This document shows, in pieces, positions 29,773 through 35,263 of a stretch of 35,263 nucleotides of DNA. This DNA is from an uncultured Erysipelotrichaceae bacterium (GTDB lineage: Bacteria; Bacillota_I; Bacilli_A; RF39; UBA660), in the NCBI GenBank assembly GCA_902783185.1, contig CACZPQ010000010.1:1-35263 (forward strand), in the 5' to 3' direction. The position numbers and the translations under genes are program-made. The notes beneath the pieces were generated by a model. It searched no databases, was not told where the DNA came from, and worked only from the letters and a program-made list of their open reading frames with translations. Each line of letters opens with the position of its first letter. Within the stretch, counting starts at the first letter, position 1.

Positions 29773-31851
29773 ATGAATGGTACTAAATCAATTTTAGATA
29801 GAATAAGCAATTTAATCAGTGATGATAGTAAGATTTTAGAGGAATTTAATAATAAAATCGAAGAAACTAATAAAAATAAAACTAAGGCTGAAGAAGAAAA
29901 GAAATCTTTTGAAAAAGAGATAACTATTATTCAAGGTGATATAGATGAAATTAGTAAGGCTAGTGAATTATCTGAAAGATTTAGTAATTTAGATTCATAT
30001 ATTCCTGGTCTTAAAAAACTAGGAAATAGTGTATCACTTCTAGATGACTTAAAAAAAGAATTAGATAAGATACCTGAACAAATTGAAAAATTAGAAAACA
30101 ATATAAAGAAACTTACTAATCAAAGTGATGATAGAGCTTTAATTATTAATGAAGCTGAAGATGAATTATCTAAATTAGATGTTGAAATATCCGATGCAAA
30201 GAGATATCAAGAAAATCTTGTAGATTTAGTTAATTTAGCTAAGTCTGGTGATATAAACAAAACTAGAGAAGAAGTGGTTGAAACACTTGTTCATGTTGGT
30301 TTTACAGATAAAGAAGCAATTGCAGCTGCTAAAGTTATTTTATTCCCTGAGGATGATTTAATTCCTTATTTTGAAGGGGATAATAAAATTGAAGCAGTAA
30401 AAGAAGAAGTTGTTGAAGATGTTTCTAAAGATTTAAATGAAGAAGAAACACCTGAAGAAAAAGTTGAAGAAACAGTTGAAACACCAGAAATAGAAGAACC
30501 AAAAGTAGAAAATGTTGTTGAAGAAGCAATAGAACAAACTCCTGAAGAAGATGATGAAAAAGAAGAAGTTGTTCAAGAACTTCAAGAAGTAGTTGAAGAA
30601 GAATCTAATGATATTCCATTAGATGAAGAATCATCTGAAATTACATTAGAATCAATGGATGATGATGAGAAACTAAGTCCAGTTGATGTTCAATCTAATA
30701 AAGATTATGAATCTATTAAAAAGATGATTAATGACTATGGTTTTGATTCTTCAAAATTTAGTAATGAAGATTTAGATGATGAAGAAATAGTAAGAGAAAA
30801 TATTAATTTTATTTTAGATAAAAATTTAAATAAAGAATTTGTTTATAAATATCCATCAATTATATCTGATTATGGATTAAAGAAAAAATATGATTTCATA
30901 TTGAATAATCTTGGTAAAAAAGAAGAAGATATTCAATTAACTCCTGACATTCTTGCTAGTTATTCAAAAGAGGATTTAGAAAAATTATTTGAAGTAGTTA
31001 AACAAAATAATATTGATCCAAAAATCATTCCATTAACAGTATATTTAAAGGGCTTACAATCATTTTTAAGAAATTATTTATTATTGAGTGAAAATAATAT
31101 AGAATTAGATGATAATCAATTATCAAAGTTTGCAATTGTTTTATCTATAAATCCAGTAGATTTTAAAAAATCGTTACAAATATTACTTGATTATAAGTTA
31201 ACTCTAGTAAAAAATGATGGAAAAATAGCAATTATGGATTTAGCTGTTAAAGATAGTGAACTTGCTAATAAAATGGATATGATTATTAATATTGGTGAAG
31301 AAGAATTACTAAAGTATTATCCTGAAGTATTATCTGGTAATGTAAAAGATTTAGTAAATAGATTAATATTCTTAAAGAATAGTGATATTCCTTATAAAAC
31401 ACAAAGTCATAATAAAGTAATATATCAATCATTTGTATTACATCAAGATGTACTAGATAAAGTTCTAGAAAAACATATTGATATAGATGAAGTATTAGAC
31501 AAAGATGAAACTAATAGTTATTTAAAACAATTAATTAATAATGAAGAATTAATTAATGAATTAGATAATATGAATAATAATTTTGATTTAATTAATAATT
31601 CTTATACAGAGGATTATAAAGAAGTATTAAAGAGAATAAATGGTAAATATGCAGAAACTGAAAATACATATATTATTGGGGATTATTACTTCTCTAAAAA
31701 TAAAGTTAATAGAGATATCAATTATTTAGTTAATTCTAATACTAATATAGATAATGATATTATTATAGCAGCAAGTTTATTACATGATTCTAGATTATCA
31801 AGTGATGATATGGAAAATGTAATAAATAGTTTAGATTTAAAGGTTATGTAG
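29773..31851 (+). CDS. hypothetical protein: coiled coil, acidic linker, helical repeats resembling mTERF motifs
   Basis: SD AAGGAG; heptad-rich N-terminus; E-rich linker; recurring P-x-I/V-L units followed by amphipathic helices. Confidence 0.8.
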   Translation: MNGTKSILDRISNLISDDSKILEEFNNKIEETNKNKTKAEEEKKSFEKEITIIQGDIDEISKASELSERFSNLDSYIPGLKKLGNSVSLLDDLKKELDKIPEQIEKLENNIKKLTNQSDDRALIINEAEDELSKLDVEISDAKRYQENLVDLVNLAKSGDINKTREEVVETLVHVGFTDKEAIAAAKVILFPEDDLIPYFEGDNKIEAVKEEVVEDVSKDLNEEETPEEKVEETVETPEIEEPKVENVVEEAIEQTPEEDDEKEEVVQELQEVVEEESNDIPLDEESSEITLESMDDDEKLSPVDVQSNKDYESIKKMINDYGFDSSKFSNEDLDDEEIVRENINFILDKNLNKEFVYKYPSIISDYGLKKKYDFILNNLGKKEEDIQLTPDILASYSKEDLEKLFEVVKQNNIDPKIIPLTVYLKGLQSFLRNYLLLSENNIELDDNQLSKFAIVLSINPVDFKKSLQILLDYKLTLVKNDGKIAIMDLAVKDSELANKMDMIINIGEEELLKYYPEVLSGNVKDLVNRLIFLKNSDIPYKTQSHNKVIYQSFVLHQDVLDKVLEKHIDIDEVLDKDETNSYLKQLINNEELINELDNMNNNFDLINNSYTEDYKEVLKRINGKYAETENTYIIGDYYFSKNKVNRDINYLVNSNTNIDNDIIIAASLLHDSRLSSDDMENVINSLDLKVM

Positions 31852-31860
31852 GTGATAAAT

Positions 31861-32121
31861 ATGAATTTTATAGAAGAAGATATTTCAAGTATAATTTCTG
31901 ATGAAATAAGAACTGACTTAGAAAACAATTCTGATTTAGTTAAAGCTAATCTAGAATACTTAAGAGAATTAGGAATTGAAAATTATCAAGATATATTTAA
32001 AACATATTATCCAATGTTTCTAATGGATACATCAAATTTCCAAGAGATATTTAGTAAATATGAAATAACTGATTTAATTGATAAAATTAATAAAAATATG
32101 GCAATTATAGAGCATTTATAA
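31861..32121 (+). CDS. small hypothetical protein with one mTERF-like motif
   Basis: SD AGGTGA overlapping the upstream stop; VKANLEYLRELGIENYQDIFKTYYPMFL. Confidence 0.75.
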   Translation: MNFIEEDISSIISDEIRTDLENNSDLVKANLEYLRELGIENYQDIFKTYYPMFLMDTSNFQEIFSKYEITDLIDKINKNMAIIEHL

Positions 32122-32175
32122 TTGCTTTTTTATTTAATATATGTTAAAGTATTTTAAGTGAAGAGGAAGTGAATT

Positions 32176-32394
32176 ATGGAAACAGCACTTTTAGTAGTAT
32201 CAATAGTATTAATAGTATTAGTACTTTTACAAAGTAATAAAGCAACTGATGGTGGTTTTATTGTATCTGGTGGTAATGATGAATTATTTCAAAACAGAAA
32301 AGAAAGAGGTTTAGAACTTCTTATTACAAGAATAACTGCTCTTTTAGGTTTAGCATTCTTTGTAATATCTTTTATATTATTTATAACTAAATAA
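32176..32394 (+). CDS. secG: preprotein translocase subunit SecG
   Basis: Two TM helices, VLLQ, LF..RKERG; secG-rnr-smpB synteny. Confidence 0.93.
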   Translation: METALLVVSIVLIVLVLLQSNKATDGGFIVSGGNDELFQNRKERGLELLITRITALLGLAFFVISFILFITK

Positions 32395-32416
32395 AGTCTT
32401 GAAAGACTTTTTTTTT
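32393..32416 (+). terminator. terminator after secG
   Basis: AAAGTCT-tgaa-AGACTTT followed by T run. Confidence 0.7.
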
Positions 32417-32488
32417 ATTTCTTTTTATTATATAATTATATTAGGTGAATAACATGATAAAGAATAGGAAATGGGGTGCATTATGTTT

Positions 32489-34612
32489 ATGAAAGAAGAT
32501 TTATTAAAAATATTAGATAATGTATATGAAGCAAAAGATATAATGCAACTTAATGATTTATTAAATTTAAAAACATCTGAAGAACTTAGTGATTTACAAG
32601 ATGTTGTTAAAGAATTAGTTGATGAATGTGTATTATATAACACTAAAAAAGATAGATATATATTAATTAAAAATTGTACTAATCTAAGAATTGGTAAACT
32701 TTCTTTAAATAAGAAAGGTTTTGGTTTTGTTAATTTAGATAAAGAAGAAGATGTATATATTGACTCAAGCAATATTAATGGAGCAATTGATGAAGATACT
32801 GTACTTTGTGAATTAATTGATAAAGGCATAAAAAGAGAAGGAAGAATTATTAGAATAATAAAAAGAGATTTAAGTAATTTAGTAGGTACAGTAATAGTTA
32901 AAAATGATAAATTTTATTTAGACTTAGATGATAATAATAAAAATGTTGAAGTCAGACTTGAAAATACTAATAATGTAGTTGAAGGTCATAAAGTATATGT
33001 TAAGATTACTAAAGAATTAACAAGAAATAAATATGTAGGAGATGTAATTGCAATTATAGGTCATAAAGATGATCCTGGTGTTGATATATTATCTATTGCA
33101 TATAAATATGGTATTATTCCTGAGTTTGGGGATGAAGTAGAAGAAGAATTAAAAAGCATTCCAGATACTGTGTCAGAAAGTGAATTAAAGGGAAGAGTTG
33201 ATCTTACTAATAAACAAATATTTACTATAGATGGTGCTGATACTAAAGATATAGATGATGCTATATCACTTGAAATGAATGGAGATAATTATGTATTAGG
33301 AGTTCATATTGCTGATGTTTCTAATTACGTTAAAGAAAATACAGCACTTGGTGATGCAGCATATCAACGTGGTACATCTTCATATTTAGCTGATACTGTA
33401 ATTCCAATGCTACCACATCAATTATCTAATGGTATTTGTTCATTAAATGAAGGCGTAATTAGGCTTTCTATGTCATGCCAAATGGAATTTGATAAAAATG
33501 GTAAGAGAGTATCTTATGATATATTCCCATCATATATAAAGAGTAATAAAAAAATGACATATGAACATGTTAATAATCTTTTAATGAGAAATATTGTTGA
33601 TGAAGGTTATGAACCATTTAAAGATACATTATTAAAAATGAATGAACTTGCTCATATATTAAGAAAGGAAAAAATATCAAGAGGATATATTGATTTTGAA
33701 ATAGATGAAGCTAAAATAGTTCAAGATGAAGAAGGCCATGCAATTGATGTTAAAAGAAGAATAAGAGAAGATGGGGAAAAATTAATCGAAGACTTTATGA
33801 TTGCAGCAAATGAATGTGTTGCTGAGCATATTAATAACATGGATTTACCATTTATTTATCGTGTTCATGAAAATCCTAAACCTGAAAAAGTTGAAGAATT
33901 TCTAAATTTAATAAAAGTATTAGGTTATCATTTAAAAGGTAATTACAAAGAATTTAGTCCGCTTGCTATGCAAGGAATTCTAGGTGAACTAAAGGATAAA
34001 AAAGAGTTTACTATTCTTTCTACATTACTCTTAAGAAGTATGAGAAAAGCTGAATATAAATCAGAAAATTTAGGACATTTTGGTTTAGCATCTAAGGCAT
34101 ATACTCACTTTACTTCACCAATAAGAAGATTTCCGGACCTTATGGTTCATAGATTATTAAAAAAATATTTAATTGAACATGATATGTCAATGACAACTAT
34201 TAACACCTTAGAAGTATCCTTAGTTGAAATTGCATCTCATTCATCTGAAAGAGAAGTAGCTGCTGTTGATGCAGAAAGAGATGTAGATGATATGAAAATG
34301 GCTGAATATATGGAAAATCACATTGGTGAAGAATTTTGTGGTATAATAACATCTATAACTAATTTTGGATTTTTTGTAGAACTTCCAAATTTAATTGAAG
34401 GTTTAGTTCACATAAGTACTTTAAAAGGAGATTACTTCAATTATATCGAAGAACAATTAGCTATGATTGGTAAATCTACTAAGAAAACTTATCGTCTAGG
34501 GGATGAAGTAAAGGTTAAATGTGTTGCTGCATCTAAGTTAAGTTCTACAATTGATTTTGAATTAGTTTCAGAAAGAGATGATAAACATGAAGATAGAAAA
34601 CAGGAAAGCTAA
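32489..34612 (+). CDS. rnr: ribonuclease R
   Basis: KGFGFV, TIDGADTKDIDDAIS, VHIADVS, HFGLA...YTHFTSPIRRFPDL, S1 domain; start could be 32471, 32483 or 32489. Confidence 0.96.
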   Translation: MKEDLLKILDNVYEAKDIMQLNDLLNLKTSEELSDLQDVVKELVDECVLYNTKKDRYILIKNCTNLRIGKLSLNKKGFGFVNLDKEEDVYIDSSNINGAIDEDTVLCELIDKGIKREGRIIRIIKRDLSNLVGTVIVKNDKFYLDLDDNNKNVEVRLENTNNVVEGHKVYVKITKELTRNKYVGDVIAIIGHKDDPGVDILSIAYKYGIIPEFGDEVEEELKSIPDTVSESELKGRVDLTNKQIFTIDGADTKDIDDAISLEMNGDNYVLGVHIADVSNYVKENTALGDAAYQRGTSSYLADTVIPMLPHQLSNGICSLNEGVIRLSMSCQMEFDKNGKRVSYDIFPSYIKSNKKMTYEHVNNLLMRNIVDEGYEPFKDTLLKMNELAHILRKEKISRGYIDFEIDEAKIVQDEEGHAIDVKRRIREDGEKLIEDFMIAANECVAEHINNMDLPFIYRVHENPKPEKVEEFLNLIKVLGYHLKGNYKEFSPLAMQGILGELKDKKEFTILSTLLLRSMRKAEYKSENLGHFGLASKAYTHFTSPIRRFPDLMVHRLLKKYLIEHDMSMTTINTLEVSLVEIASHSSEREVAAVDAERDVDDMKMAEYMENHIGEEFCGIITSITNFGFFVELPNLIEGLVHISTLKGDYFNYIEEQLAMIGKSTKKTYRLGDEVKVKCVAASKLSSTIDFELVSERDDKHEDRKQES

Positions 34613-35015
34613 CCATTTATACTTTATTCTTGATAAAATAGAATGTGGTATAGAATTAAAAGGTACTGAAATTAAATCAATTAGAAAAGGATCTTGTGAT
34701 ATAAGAGATTCTTTTGCAATTGTTAAGAATAATGAAATATTTGTAGTTAATATGTATATATCTAAATATAAAGAAGGAAATAACTTTAATCATGAAGAAA
34801 GAAGAACAAGAAAACTATTATTACATAAACATGAAATAAAAAAACTAAGAGAAAAAAAAGAAAGAGAAGGAATAACATTAGTTCCACTTGAAGTATATTT
34901 TAAAGGCAGTAATGCAAAATTATTGCTAGGTGTATGTAAAGGTAAAAAACTTTATGATAAGAGAGAAACAATTAAACAAAGAGATTTGGATAGAGAAATG
35001 AGAAGAAAAGCCTAA
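34587..35015 (+). CDS. smpB: SsrA-binding protein SmpB
   Basis: NRKA, GIELKGTEIKSIR, RKLLLHK, GKKLYDKRETIK. Confidence 0.97.
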   Translation: MKIENRKANHLYFILDKIECGIELKGTEIKSIRKGSCDIRDSFAIVKNNEIFVVNMYISKYKEGNNFNHEERRTRKLLLHKHEIKKLREKKEREGITLVPLEVYFKGSNAKLLLGVCKGKKLYDKRETIKQRDLDREMRRKA

Positions 35016-35030
35016 CACTTTTCTTTTTTT
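35004..35030 (+). terminator. terminator overlapping the smpB stop
   Basis: AGAAAAG-cctaaca-CTTTTCT followed by T run. Confidence 0.6.
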
Positions 35031-35117
35031 ATTATTTTTTTTAAAATTTACTAATTTTATAAATTGGATATATAAAATTTATTCAATTTTGAAAAATGGT
35101 CTAAGAAGAATTTAAAA

Positions 35118-35263
35118 ATTGGACATAGTTTTGATGTCCAATATTAAAAAATGGCAATTTGACAAGTATTTTAATATGTATTATAAGAGTATTTGCACAC
35201 CGAAAAAGTGGGCAAATTAAAGTGTCGTGCCTTTCATCTAAAAAGTGAAAGGAGGGATCAGAT
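35118..35263 (+). promoter_or_regulatory. inverted repeat, promoter, structured leader and RBS of the next (off-window) gene
   Basis: ATTGGACAT-7-ATGTCCAAT; TTGACA (35159-35164), 17-nt spacer, TATAAG; two hairpins; SD AAAGGAGG. Confidence 0.6.

Noticed and set aside
35190-35250. c-di-GMP-I riboswitch (GGCAAA, CGAAA words)
   Set aside because: Elements are in the wrong order and the second stem with tetraloop receptor is missing
35016-35263. tmRNA (ssrA) after smpB
   Set aside because: No GGGG-starting tRNA-Ala-like 5' end; region reads as promoter and RBS

Overview
Very AT-rich, all plus-strand chromosomal segment from a reduced-genome Bacillota bacterium. TGA is used as stop and TGG as Trp (code 11). 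The style resembles uncultured RF39-type Bacilli, which is an inference. Gene order: pgk, an atypical spo0A, gpmI, a degenerate hybrid histidine kinase, the S10-spc-alpha ribosomal superoperon (rpmD/L30 absent, L3 with an acidic tail, L24 with a basic tail), hypothetical proteins, an ABC exporter and rubrerythrin. A small accessory module follows: long hairpin, frameshifted Bro-N gene, DUF3800 RNase H-like gene, and a separately promoted ~95-nt structured RNA. Then come T-box pheS-pheT (1-nt frameshift in pheT), two proteins with mTERF-like helical repeats, secG-rnr-smpB, and a promoter/leader of the next gene. The best candidates for an undescribed system are the DUF3800 protein plus ncRNA module, the mTERF-like gene pair, and the Spo0A lacking its phosphoacceptor Asp near a probable pseudokinase. 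Start codons were re-assigned using Shine-Dalgarno (SD) positions where the ORF track over-extends them.
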